22,531 nucleotides of DNA from Fibrobacterales bacterium (GCA_051532055.1 JAOPTX010000039.1:1-22531), one strand, 5' to 3'. Positions 8,968-19,117 are shown, numbered from the stretch's first letter. A program made the numbers and translations. The notes: generated from the letters alone by a model not told the origin.

Positions 8968-10161
8968 TTAACCTTTTAACAAAAGAAGCCCTACATTACA
9001 CATCCAGACATAAATATCATACTTCCAAACAAACACCATTAAAGTTACTATAAAAACCCACACAGTACCCATCTTTATTATCGCAACTTTTCTTAGTTGT
9101 TTAGGCAATATTTCGTTCTGCTGACAACTAAGTTCTTCATATATCTCTTCAAGATTTAAATCACCACTTATCTTATCTCTAAATTTTTCAATATCTTTTT
9201 CAATCGCTTCAAACCCTTCTTCTAAATTTTTAATAAACACAAACCAAATAAAAATAAAAAATATGGCCCCCAACAGAAAAAAACCTGTATCTTTAACAAC
9301 ATCAATTTCCGAAAAACTCATTCTTGTTAATAGGAATATATAGGCAATGGGTATTAAAAATATCGAATTTGCCTTACTATTTATTGTTTCATATAATTTA
9401 TCTGTAAGGGAATGGAAATACTCTGTGGAAGCAGTCTTTATTTTATCAAAAGAAAAACCCGACAAATATAAAGAAAAGCTTTTATCATAGTTATATAATA
9501 ATATATCCCAATTTTTGATTAGACATTGAAAGGTCGCATCACGCCCATTTAGTACATTGATCATTTCATTAATGAAAATAAGACGTCTTTCTGCAGAATC
9601 AGGTCTATCCGAAAGTTCTTTTTTAATATCACCTATTCTATCAATTCGATTAATTAAATCAATTTCACAATATTCTATTTTTAAAGACAACCCCTGCCCG
9701 TGTTGGAAAAAAAACAATTCTACATCACCAGAGCTCTTCTTCTGATGATCTGAATTTTCGCATAAAAACTCTATTAATTTCAATATTGAATAATAAGCTT
9801 TAATTTTTTCATTTGACCCTTCCTCCTCCTCAAAATATTCTAATTCATGAATATAAAACCCAGGTTGATTTACTTGTATTTTATTACCATTAATGAAATC
9901 AGTTAATTTTTCATAATAAGGCAAGCTTGATGGAGAAAGAACAATTTGGACCCGATCATTTAGCTGAAGTTCTGCTGGATCAACAATTGCGCAATTATTA
10001 TCACCAAAAACTTCCCTCACACAATCATCCCATAGATTCTTTAAATTTTCTATGTCATCTTCACTTAAGGAAAGTATAAAACCATTCACAACTCCAATTG
10101 TAAATGTTACGTTTTCTAAACGTTTTCGAATTGCGATAAATTTATTCAAACTTTCAATCAT
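8968..10161 (-). CDS. Hypothetical membrane protein (soluble N-terminus, three C-terminal TM helices, coiled coil)
   Basis: 397 aa. Contains YLSGFSFDKIK, TM segments IFLIPIAYIFLL, FFLLGAIFFIFIWFVFI and VWVFIVTLMVFVW. Overlaps the upstream gene by 8 nt (ATGATTGA). Confidence 0.8.
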   Translation of the reverse strand: MIESLNKFIAIRKRLENVTFTIGVVNGFILSLSEDDIENLKNLWDDCVREVFGDNNCAIVDPAELQLNDRVQIVLSPSSLPYYEKLTDFINGNKIQVNQPGFYIHELEYFEEEEGSNEKIKAYYSILKLIEFLCENSDHQKKSSGDVELFFFQHGQGLSLKIEYCEIDLINRIDRIGDIKKELSDRPDSAERRLIFINEMINVLNGRDATFQCLIKNWDILLYNYDKSFSLYLSGFSFDKIKTASTEYFHSLTDKLYETINSKANSIFLIPIAYIFLLTRMSFSEIDVVKDTGFFLLGAIFFIFIWFVFIKNLEEGFEAIEKDIEKFRDKISGDLNLEEIYEELSCQQNEILPKQLRKVAIIKMGTVWVFIVTLMVFVWKYDIYVWMCNVGLLLLKG

Positions 10162-11140
10162 TTAGTAAGTCATCAATTTTTTCTTGTGGAACATTCGTGA
10201 TAGTCACATTATTCTTTTCAATGACAACTTTACTAGTTTTAAGCAACTCCTTATCAAATTCTAATTTATATCCTTTCTCACTAATAGTTGCCTTGTAAAA
10301 ATATTTAATATCTGACTTCTTCGTTATTCTAAAGTTTCCACTAACATGTAAATCGTCATTCATTTGAACATAGTCTATAAAATCGCGTGGTAATTCATGA
10401 TTTACATAAGAAGATATTGCATCAAGAAAAACATCTTTATCTTCTAGTCTCGATTTATCCATGTACTCAAACACATCTTTATTTATCTTGTCCTTTAACT
10501 CAACATTAAATTCTTTTTCCTTCATATATTCTTGCATGGCTTTTTTAAGGCTATTACAATTTGAGGTTGAGGATGCCAAGTCAGTGTTACCAATAAATTT
10601 TTGAAAATATTGGGATACATCTCTTGTTCCCTTAATGAAGGCTAAATAGGAGTCATCCTTATTAATCCATTTTGACAAATTAATTCTATTAGCACGTGCT
10701 AACTTTTCTATATCAAGGGTTTTAAGTACAGCAATATTTAAATTTTTATCATCGATCGTAAACTGCTCTGATTTATCTAGCATCATTGTAACAAGAAATT
10801 CAGCCTTTCCTTCTTGATAGTGAACAAATACCACATACCCACCAGTTGTCCCATGGACATCTATTTCCTTTTCCAATAATTTCATCGAATCGTAAGTGAA
10901 GTCAAAAAAGCCATCATCTTTTAAATATTTTTGTACATAACTTTGAAAAGGGTACGCCTTAGAGTCACTATGGAACATACCATAAGTTGGATTTTTGGTT
11001 TTAAACACCCTCACTAGCCTGTCTACAAATCCCATTACAATAATATTTTTCTCATCTAAGAGTTTCTTTGAATATTTTGATTCTAGCCTAGAATCAACAT
11101 CTTTAATTATATGGTGTAATACAATTTTTTTTAATATCAT
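10154..11140 (-). CDS. Nucleoid-associated protein, NdpA/YejK (NA37) family, accessory homologue
   Basis: 328 aa. MILKKIVLHHIIK start, TTGGYVVFVHY, LDIEKLARANRINLSKW, YLAFIKG, VSQYFQKFIG are characteristic YejK/NdpA blocks. RBS-like TAAGG lies upstream. Confidence 0.82.
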   Translation of the reverse strand: MILKKIVLHHIIKDVDSRLESKYSKKLLDEKNIIVMGFVDRLVRVFKTKNPTYGMFHSDSKAYPFQSYVQKYLKDDGFFDFTYDSMKLLEKEIDVHGTTGGYVVFVHYQEGKAEFLVTMMLDKSEQFTIDDKNLNIAVLKTLDIEKLARANRINLSKWINKDDSYLAFIKGTRDVSQYFQKFIGNTDLASSTSNCNSLKKAMQEYMKEKEFNVELKDKINKDVFEYMDKSRLEDKDVFLDAISSYVNHELPRDFIDYVQMNDDLHVSGNFRITKKSDIKYFYKATISEKGYKLEFDKELLKTSKVVIEKNNVTITNVPQEKIDDLLND

Positions 11141-11164
11141 AATCTCTTACCTTAATTCAATATT

Positions 11165-14100
11165 TTATACCAAACAAACCCGTTCATCAACATCCGAAAC
11201 AGCCTTCTGCTGTATCAAACTATCAAGCTGCCCTTGCAATATCCCAACCATAGCCCCAGTAACCCTAGAAAACCCCAGCCTCGAAGCAACCTCAGAAAAG
11301 CAAGCCTCAGGTCTAACACTCACTGACTCTTGAATCACCACAAGCAACGCCTTCTGTATCTCACTAAAAGGAACAAGCTCCAACTTTTTCTCACTACTCG
11401 GCAAGCTCTGTCTATTACGAACGACAACTTCATTCCTTGGATTTTCAATAAACGTTCCATCATATGCATATCCATGTACCGAAGATATTTTAGTAGCAAT
11501 CTGATTCATTCGAGTCTGTATTTTATTCCCACATCGAGAAATCCCCGCTGTAGATAACAGCCTATTTATTACAGCCTTAAGAGAAACCGGGGACTCAATT
11601 GAAACAACCTTAATTAAAGCATTCCCAATATCCTGATCACTCACTTCACTAAAGTCGCCAGTAAAAGACCAATAGCTGTATTGAGACAAATCTGCCATCT
11701 TGTAAGATTCCATCTCAGGCTTTACATGCTCAATACTACTCCGAGATATATTAGGTCCAACTTGCTCTACTGTTGGGGCTTTACGCACTACTTCCAATGG
11801 TTTAGATAATTCCTTTTCAATTCTCTCTTTTAGGCGGATAACTTCCCTATCACTATTCCTAAACCAGTCCGTACTCCATATTCTATGAAACACCCACCCT
11901 TTACTTTCTAGAACAGCTTGTCGTAATCTATCACGATCCCGCGCATTTGCACTAGAATGATAAGACGCACCATCACATTCTACCGCCAACATGTATCGCC
12001 CTTTCTTCCGAGGGTCTACCACTGCTAAGTCAATAAAGAACCCTTGACTCCCTACCTGAGGTACGACTTCATAGCCAAGACCTTTAATTGCATCATAGAC
12101 CGCCTCTTCAAAAGGACTATCCATTTCTTTACCCGTTTCATGCTCAACGGTATGGTTACCCGTTTGAGCATATTTGAGAAAAGACTTTAGTACCTTAACC
12201 CCAATAGGGCTTGTTTCATTCGTACGCATGTCATCAGCCGTGAAGTTACTAAATATTTTCATATGCTGCTTAGCACGACTGATCAATACATTCAGCCTCC
12301 GCTCACCACCTACGTTATTTATTGGACCATAATTCTGAGAGAGAATACCTTCTTCAGTTCTTCCGTAACCGATACTGATATAGATGACATCACGCTCATC
12401 ACCCTGTACGTTCTCAAGGTTTTTAACAAAGAAGCTCTCGCCACCAGGCGATGAGTTTAAGAATTCTTCGAGCACCTCATGTTTTCGTCTCAATATTTCC
12501 ACTTCCAAAAGTATCGCTTCTTTCTGTGAGATACTAAAGGCAACTGCCCCTAAGCTCAAATGCGGATACTCTTGAGCATGCTTTAATATCGCTAAGGAAA
12601 GATGCCGCGCTTCTTCTCTATTAGTCCGTGTAATACCTTTATCATATACGGTATCCGGTAAATACTCAAGAGCAAGCCCTTCGATCTCTGCAGAAGCCCC
12701 AGAACTCGGGAATACTTTAAGCTTTCCTCCATAAAATTCTTTATTTGAGGTCATGATAAGTGATTCATGTTTCGATCGATAGTGCCACTCCAACATCACC
12801 TCTGGAGTACCTTGCGCTAAAAACAGCCCCAATATACTCTCTATCTCTGCGGTAACATCATTTTCAAGATCATCATCTTCAACATCAACGCTTCGTGACA
12901 TAAACGTTGTAGGTGGCATCTGTTTACTATCCCCCACTACCACTGTCTGTTTACCCCGACAGATTGCCCCAATAGCATCAGGAACCGTTACCTGAGATGC
13001 TTCATCAAATATGACCAAATCAAATTGTATGTTACTATTCTGCAAATAAGTCGCCACCGACATAGGGCTCATCATAAAAATTGGTTTAGACTTAAGAATA
13101 GCACCGCCAGAAAGCTCAAGTAGCTTCCGTACAGGCAATAGACGACGCTTTTTATTCATTTCACGCCTAAGGACTTCCATTTCTCCGGGAGCGTGTATAT
13201 TTGGTAATTCCTTATAGAGCTTATCTACTAATGTTTCCTGAGCAAAATTAAAGCTCTGTGAGTCAAGATCTTTGAACTCTTCTATAGCCCCTTCATGGGC
13301 AACCCTATCAAAGTGTTTTAATTGTTCGGACCCACTATAGTATTCATTTACCACAGAAGCCCAATATTTATACCAAATACAGTGATACAAAGCATCTCCG
13401 GTATGTGCCCATGTTTTAACAAATGCCGCTAACTGAGGTAATCCTCTGCTTGCAAAACCTTCAATTATTTTATTAAGCCGAGTCATGTTATAGAGCTCAC
13501 TCATAGAATCACGCCATACAGGAAGAATAGACTGTACATCACTAATCAATACATCAGCTTGAATTATCTGAGCGGTATCTGGCAGATCTAACAGCCCCTG
13601 CAATTCCCCGAGCCACTCTGCCCATCGGCTTGTTTTTTCTACCAACTGCGCCAAATCAGTACTGAGATATTTAAAATCAGCACCTCCATCTAATAAACTA
13701 ATCAAACTCTCCGGTAACTCACCCTTTCCTATTTCTCCATGAAGAGCAAATATCCATTCAGCAAGTCCGGTGAGTACACTCCAATCAGATTTCTCACCCT
13801 GCCACTGAACTCCAAAGAGTGTGCTTAATAAATTTTCTTGAAGCTTCCACTCTTTGTCTTTCTCCTTTAACTCAAGTAACCTATCTACCCATTCAAGGTA
13901 GTGGGTACTCTCCTTAGGCAATGAATTGACACACAGGGACTGTAACCGCTTTTTAGCCTTTCTATAGTCACCAGAAAGGAACTTCCACCATTTATCTACT
14001 TTACCCAGCAAGCTACCGCGTATTTCAAGCAATGCTTGATCACTTGAGGTGGTAAAAGCCTGCGCTATAAACTGCTCTTTACATACCGCCCGTAGTTCTG

Positions 14101-15916
14101 ATGCAGATTTTCCTTGTTCGAGGGTTGTACTAATAATAGAACTGCGGTCACTCCACTCATGAGTATTAACTTTAACCCCTGATAATTGAGGTGCATCAAT
14201 TGCTCTTTGCGCCGCCTTAATCACCCCTTCGAGTTGAGATACTTTAACAATAAGGTCGAGATGCAGTTCTTTAGAAAGGGACTGTTTGAGTAGATCTATA
14301 CCACTTATAAGTTCAATACCCGCTGATATTTTTTGTGCAATCTCTTCTTGTAACACCGGACTTGCTTCAGCTAATGTTATTTCTCTAAATGGATGTACAT
14401 TAGGCACTCCCATAGCATCAAGATGTGTAGAAAGTGTTTTCAGCTCTATATCGAGATCGCTTAATTCTTCCATGCCCTCATTAGAATGTGTTATGAAGGT
14501 TATATCGGGAATATCAATGCCTTGTATGTGGGAAGCATGCTTCATAAACTTACCCAATGCAGTGATATAATTAACCCCTAAGGAGCCAATAGGTGCACTC
14601 ACCGATTTCACATACTCATCTAAATTCTGGCGTACATTTGAAAGCCTCTTCCTCTCTAATGTACGATGGGGTATTTCTGGCTTCGGCTGATAGAGTACAT
14701 CCCTGAGACTATCAAGTACCTGCTTAGGCCTACTCATATGAGAATGCAGTTCTAATACAGCGCCTCCCAGATGGCATTCGTCCAAACGGTGCTTTACCAC
14801 TTCAAGAGCGGTAAGCTTTTGTGCAACAAACAGCACCTTTTTATCACGAGCAACGGCTTCTGCTATCAGATTAGTAATTGTTTGGGATTTGCCCGTACCT
14901 GGAGGTCCTTGAATGACAGTATTCGCCCCTTTCAACACACTCGATATGGCAAAGGTCTGAGACGAGTCTGAATCCTTTACTAAATGAAGTCGTTCGGGTT
15001 CCTTTACCTCAACATTGCCACCCTCACTCAAAACACCATCGAGTATCTCACCATCCCTCACAAAGCCATCTTTAAAGAGTGAACGAATAACTGAATGGTT
15101 TTCTAAGGACAGGTCGCCCTGCCAATTTTTTGGATCAAGGTCCTTGTACATTTGAAACTTACCAAAAGAGAAAAAGCCCAGTTCAATCTTATTTTCCAAA
15201 ACAGACCAGCGCTCTAGTGCACTGATTGACTCTGTAACTGCCGCAAAGTACTTCTGTATCCCTTCTTCTTTTTCAAAATAGTCTTCAAATCGTGGTAATT
15301 CTACTCTATAATCGTTCTTAAACTTGGCAATCAATGTCTCATTATTCGATAACTCTATACCGGTATAGCGAATTTTAAAGCCTGCTTGGGAGTTTTTACG
15401 ATACAGCTCTACAGGCAATAATATTAGTGGTGCAAATCGTTTAACTTTCGAAGCATCAGCTTCATACCACTCTATAAAGCCAATAGCAAGATAGAGAATA
15501 TCTATGCCACGTTCTTGATAATACGCCTGTGCCTCATTGTCAATTTTAAGTAATCGTATGTCGAGCTTATCAGCGTGGAGTTGTGTTTGTAAGTGCAAAT
15601 CCTCAAACCGCTCATCTCCCATTGAATCACTAAGATACTCTTGTAACGGTGGAAGTTTTTCATAGTCATCAGGAAGCTCACCCTTGGCAAGTATTTCCTC
15701 TTCTACCTTGTACGCATCGGGAACAGGCAAAAAGGACATTGCCTTGCCTTGATTGATCAATATGTCAAATATCGAATCTGATTTTTCATCTACGACTGAT
15801 ACAGATTTATGTCCCCTTGGCTGAAAATGCAGGAGTGTATTACCTCGTATACCGAGATCAAGAAGCTTAATTCTAATTCGTTCTATCTGATCATTTATCT
15901 TATTCTCTTCTACCAT
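11165..15916 (-). CDS. DUF4011 - SF1 (UPF1-like) helicase - Vsr/MTES_1575-like nuclease - DUF3320 protein (Hhe-type anti-phage protein)
   Basis: KLLDLGIRGNTLL and LYLAIGFIEW...APLILLPVEL (DUF4011); DSDSSQ, IQGPPGTGKSQTITN, MMSPMSVA, IFDEASQ, VGDSKQMPP, HYRS, NLENVQGDERD, RRLNVLISRA (helicase); SPFEEAV...IDLAV...ECDGASYHS...RDRLRQ...GW...RIWS (nuclease). Start placed at ATG 15916 (MVEENK, preceded by AGGA); the track ORF extends to 15970. Confidence 0.9.
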   Translation of the reverse strand: MVEENKINDQIERIRIKLLDLGIRGNTLLHFQPRGHKSVSVVDEKSDSIFDILINQGKAMSFLPVPDAYKVEEEILAKGELPDDYEKLPPLQEYLSDSMGDERFEDLHLQTQLHADKLDIRLLKIDNEAQAYYQERGIDILYLAIGFIEWYEADASKVKRFAPLILLPVELYRKNSQAGFKIRYTGIELSNNETLIAKFKNDYRVELPRFEDYFEKEEGIQKYFAAVTESISALERWSVLENKIELGFFSFGKFQMYKDLDPKNWQGDLSLENHSVIRSLFKDGFVRDGEILDGVLSEGGNVEVKEPERLHLVKDSDSSQTFAISSVLKGANTVIQGPPGTGKSQTITNLIAEAVARDKKVLFVAQKLTALEVVKHRLDECHLGGAVLELHSHMSRPKQVLDSLRDVLYQPKPEIPHRTLERKRLSNVRQNLDEYVKSVSAPIGSLGVNYITALGKFMKHASHIQGIDIPDITFITHSNEGMEELSDLDIELKTLSTHLDAMGVPNVHPFREITLAEASPVLQEEIAQKISAGIELISGIDLLKQSLSKELHLDLIVKVSQLEGVIKAAQRAIDAPQLSGVKVNTHEWSDRSSIISTTLEQGKSASELRAVCKEQFIAQAFTTSSDQALLEIRGSLLGKVDKWWKFLSGDYRKAKKRLQSLCVNSLPKESTHYLEWVDRLLELKEKDKEWKLQENLLSTLFGVQWQGEKSDWSVLTGLAEWIFALHGEIGKGELPESLISLLDGGADFKYLSTDLAQLVEKTSRWAEWLGELQGLLDLPDTAQIIQADVLISDVQSILPVWRDSMSELYNMTRLNKIIEGFASRGLPQLAAFVKTWAHTGDALYHCIWYKYWASVVNEYYSGSEQLKHFDRVAHEGAIEEFKDLDSQSFNFAQETLVDKLYKELPNIHAPGEMEVLRREMNKKRRLLPVRKLLELSGGAILKSKPIFMMSPMSVATYLQNSNIQFDLVIFDEASQVTVPDAIGAICRGKQTVVVGDSKQMPPTTFMSRSVDVEDDDLENDVTAEIESILGLFLAQGTPEVMLEWHYRSKHESLIMTSNKEFYGGKLKVFPSSGASAEIEGLALEYLPDTVYDKGITRTNREEARHLSLAILKHAQEYPHLSLGAVAFSISQKEAILLEVEILRRKHEVLEEFLNSSPGGESFFVKNLENVQGDERDVIYISIGYGRTEEGILSQNYGPINNVGGERRLNVLISRAKQHMKIFSNFTADDMRTNETSPIGVKVLKSFLKYAQTGNHTVEHETGKEMDSPFEEAVYDAIKGLGYEVVPQVGSQGFFIDLAVVDPRKKGRYMLAVECDGASYHSSANARDRDRLRQAVLESKGWVFHRIWSTDWFRNSDREVIRLKERIEKELSKPLEVVRKAPTVEQVGPNISRSSIEHVKPEMESYKMADLSQYSYWSFTGDFSEVSDQDIGNALIKVVSIESPVSLKAVINRLLSTAGISRCGNKIQTRMNQIATKISSVHGYAYDGTFIENPRNEVVVRNRQSLPSSEKKLELVPFSEIQKALLVVIQESVSVRPEACFSEVASRLGFSRVTGAMVGILQGQLDSLIQQKAVSDVDERVCLV

Positions 15917-15966
15917 CTGTATTCCTATCAAAATGTCTCTACGAGAAATTATTCTATTTGTCACCA

Positions 15967-16326
15967 TCAACCATCACAAGCACACCCAACACTCTTATGA
16001 CAACTCTTCCAGCGCGCAATACAACTATTCCCACACGCCTTCCCCTTTTTACAAACCTTACAACAGACAATCACCTCACTACCGACCTCACCACCGACGT
16101 CATCATCAACCCCTACCTCAGATCCACCACCATCCAAGCTATCAGCCTGAACCGCAACAACCTTAACCGGAGCAACCGTACGAGTCAAATACGTATCTGT
16201 CGGCGCACCATGACAATGAAACCCACCAGTCTTGCTATTATTATGACACCCATCAGCATTAGTCCCCCCTCCATGAGAGAACCCCGTAACCGAAAGCATC
16301 AATACTACTATTACCATCGTTATCAT
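15967..16326 (-). CDS. Small secreted YHYH-like protein with C-terminal Cys-rich module
   Basis: Signal peptide MITMVIVVLMLSVTGFS, then HGGGTNADGCHNNSKTGGFHCH, an acidic Gly/Val linker and CCKVCKKGKACGNSCIARWKSCHKSVGCACDG. Start placed at ATG 16326 (GGAG upstream); the track ORF begins at 16404. Confidence 0.75.
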   Translation of the reverse strand: MITMVIVVLMLSVTGFSHGGGTNADGCHNNSKTGGFHCHGAPTDTYLTRTVAPVKVVAVQADSLDGGGSEVGVDDDVGGEVGSEVIVCCKVCKKGKACGNSCIARWKSCHKSVGCACDG

Positions 16327-16998
16327 TCTAATCTCCATAGCCGTAGGTTGTATACTCTGCATAATGACACTTCGGACAGTGTGGCAATGCATCGGTTGAA
16401 TCATCTAACGTCACTCGTGCGTGACACCTTTCACACCTATAGGTGCCTATACCTGGCTTATCACCCACTGAAAACATACTGAACCTTTTATCTCACGCTC
16501 GTATAACTATGCAAGCCCTTTAACGTTGAGCAAACCCCAAAGATTAGTAATGAATAATTACAGACAGCGTTATCAACAGATTGAGTGTTCGTTACACAGC
16601 CAGAGAATCATCATACACTAATGAACTTAGTAATAGACTCAAATAACCACATACCTGAATTCAGGGTATCACACTCTTTAACAGTAAATAAATGAAGTTT
16701 AGGCTACGAAAGAACGATTATTGATACATTTAGGCTACGGCACTACCCCATTCTCCCAATTATTAAATCCCTCTTATAAACTCACCACGGCTCTTCCCCC
16801 CACAACTACTGAGTTGTAGCTGAATACAACTATGAAACTGACCTGAGACAAAAGGCAAGGTTCAAGGAGGGCTGCATACAATCGTAGTGGAGTTACAAAT
16901 AACATCCTCTTTAATAATTGAGCGTATGAGTTATTATATTTATTCGATCTTAACTCTTTTCATCTTGTTGGTATCACCTTTTAGATAGGCAAACCTCT

Positions 16999-18159
16999 AT
17001 GTTTTATATTTTACAGTTGTCATGTGTAGCATTGTCACTATACTCCATTTTCTTAATGGTAAAGTGCTCGGTAGCAAAACGAAAAATGCAATGGTTAACC
17101 CTTTCGAATGACGACTGCTCAAATGAAAAAATAAGTGTAATAATTCCGGCACGTAATGAAGAAAAAGATATTGCTGCATCCGTTCAAAGTATTCTTGATC
17201 AAAAAAATGTGGATGTGAGTGTCATTATTGTAAATGACCACTCTACTGACCATACTAAAGACATAATCGAAAAGATTAGTCTCTGTGAGTCACGAGTAAC
17301 GGTTATTAATGATCCTCCACTCAAACCTGGTTGGTTAGGCAAGTGTAATGCGATGCAACATGCTGCCGCCTTTGCTTTAGATGATTTACTTCTATTTACC
17401 GATGCAGATATTATACATCACCCTCATAGTTTTTCTAAAGCGGTTAAGCAGATGAAGTCTCAAAAGTACGATTTCATAAGTCTCTTCCCATTATTTATAC
17501 ATAAATCATTTTGGGAACATATGAATATCCCTCTTATGTTTTTTGCATTTGCACAACATATGAATTTTAAAAAGATTGGAGATGCCAAATCTAATCACGC
17601 CGTTGCCTGTGGCTCTTTTATGCTTGTTAAACAGGATGTTTTTAATGCAATACATGGCTTTGAATCAGTTAAAACTAAAATGTTTGATGATGTAGAATTC
17701 GCTAAGGCATTAAAGTCTAAAAGCTATCGGCTCGGGTTCTATTTTGCCCCAGAGCTCCTGAACGTTCAATTATTTAAAGATAATAGCAGTGCATTTTGGG
17801 GGACAACAAAAAATATACTCACCGCAGTAAATGGCAACAAATGGCTGGCCCTCTCTCTTATTCCATTAGGTATTTGCCAATATTGGGTACCACTATTCAC
17901 CGTACTATATGGAGTAGCTACCGAACAACGTCATTTGTATTTGGTAGGACTTGTCACGTATCTCATTCAATATCTCAGTTTCTTTACTCTTTCCCCCTTT
18001 CTAAATTTTAACCCCATTACACTGATATTCTTTCCACTTTCACAAATTAACGCAACCAGCTGCCTCATTAAAGCGATATACCACCAGACTAAAGGAGCTG
18101 TCCTTTGGCGTGGAAGAGCAATCCAAATTACAACCTTATTAGAAAATAGTCACAAATAA
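16999..18159 (+). CDS. Family 2 glycosyltransferase, membrane-bound (CrtQ/HpnB-like)
   Basis: ISVIIPARNEE, IIVNDHSTD, PGWLGKCNA, LLFTDAD (DXD), ACGSFMLV, FDDVEFA, C-terminal TM helices and WRGR. Confidence 0.9.
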   Translation: MFYILQLSCVALSLYSIFLMVKCSVAKRKMQWLTLSNDDCSNEKISVIIPARNEEKDIAASVQSILDQKNVDVSVIIVNDHSTDHTKDIIEKISLCESRVTVINDPPLKPGWLGKCNAMQHAAAFALDDLLLFTDADIIHHPHSFSKAVKQMKSQKYDFISLFPLFIHKSFWEHMNIPLMFFAFAQHMNFKKIGDAKSNHAVACGSFMLVKQDVFNAIHGFESVKTKMFDDVEFAKALKSKSYRLGFYFAPELLNVQLFKDNSSAFWGTTKNILTAVNGNKWLALSLIPLGICQYWVPLFTVLYGVATEQRHLYLVGLVTYLIQYLSFFTLSPFLNFNPITLIFFPLSQINATSCLIKAIYHQTKGAVLWRGRAIQITTLLENSHK

Positions 18160-18558
18160 GGTTGTAATAAGATTTACCGCAGTATGTATGTAATCAAGCT
18201 GACATGTTGCCCTGCACTCAAATCCGGAAGCATATCTCAGCAACAATACAGTACAGCTGAGGGGGGCAGGAATTTTGTGTACATAGATTTAATCTACAGG
18301 GGGATATTCAGACTGAATCAATAATGAGTATGCCCGTGACACTTCATGATTTCTTTAAATGTATTCTTGTCCACTGTAACGGGTGAAGTGCTACCGAACA
18401 TTGCAGAATGGTTAGCCTACACGGCTCCAGATAACCGTACCACACGAGAAACCTTATGGATTCAGTGGAATAGTACCTGTCCCACGGCGCTCCAAGGGTG
18501 ATACACGCCACATATACTCTGCGACATACAACAACTGCTTGCTCATTGGTAGAGCTGG

Positions 18559-18908
18559 GCAGAGGGCCCACGCTTAGAATTTTTGGTAGTCGGATAGGTT
18601 TTTTGGCCATCGGCTCACTTGCAATTACCTAACGGATGGCTGCAGAGGGCCTCCGCTTGGTTGCAATTGCCTATTACATGACTGCAGAAGGCCTCCGCTT
18701 GGTTGCAATTACCTATTACATGACTGCAGAAGGCAATCGGATGAGTGCAGAACGTAATCGGCTAAAGTTTTTTGAGGACTCTATGAATGCAGAACGCAAT
18801 CGGCTACAGTTCTTTGAGGACTCTATGAATGCAGAACGCAATCGGCTACAGTTCTTTGAGGACTCTATGAATGCAGAAGGTGATCGGATAGGTTTTTTGA
18901 TGGTTTCG
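18559..18908. repeat. Tandem array built on 21/42-nt units
   Basis: 42-nt type A units at 18636 and 18678, a 21-nt unit at 18720, 42-nt type B units at 18741, 18783 and 18825 (the last two identical), a degenerate unit at 18867 and decayed units at 18559-18635. Units share ATGrnTGCAGAr. Confidence 0.9.
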
Positions 18909-19117
18909 CTTAAAGCGTTTGAGTCTGCATGGGTTACAAGGGGGGCGGATACGTTCCCGAGGGTACGCACCTATGCAGAAAAGGGTGCGACTGGGTAATT
19001 GACCCAAAAACGTACATAGCCAGCAGAAATTGGACAATCCCCAAGCCCTTTAGATAATGATCCGTCGGTCGAGAACCCCTTCCCCCCGGAATTAAACTCA
19101 CTCCCCCGAACAAATAG

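Noticed and set aside
11330..16482. Small ORFs overlapping Hhe and the YHYH-like gene, including 15958..16482 and 15933..16166
   Set aside because: Antisense or alternate-frame shadows with no recognisable motifs.
16999..18159. Glycosyltransferase as part of the defence island
   Set aside because: It is divergently oriented beyond a ~670-nt gap and looks like an ordinary lipid, carotenoid or hopanoid GT2. It probably marks the island flank.
18636..18908. CRISPR array
   Set aside because: The units are contiguous tandem copies without unique spacers, and no cas genes are present.
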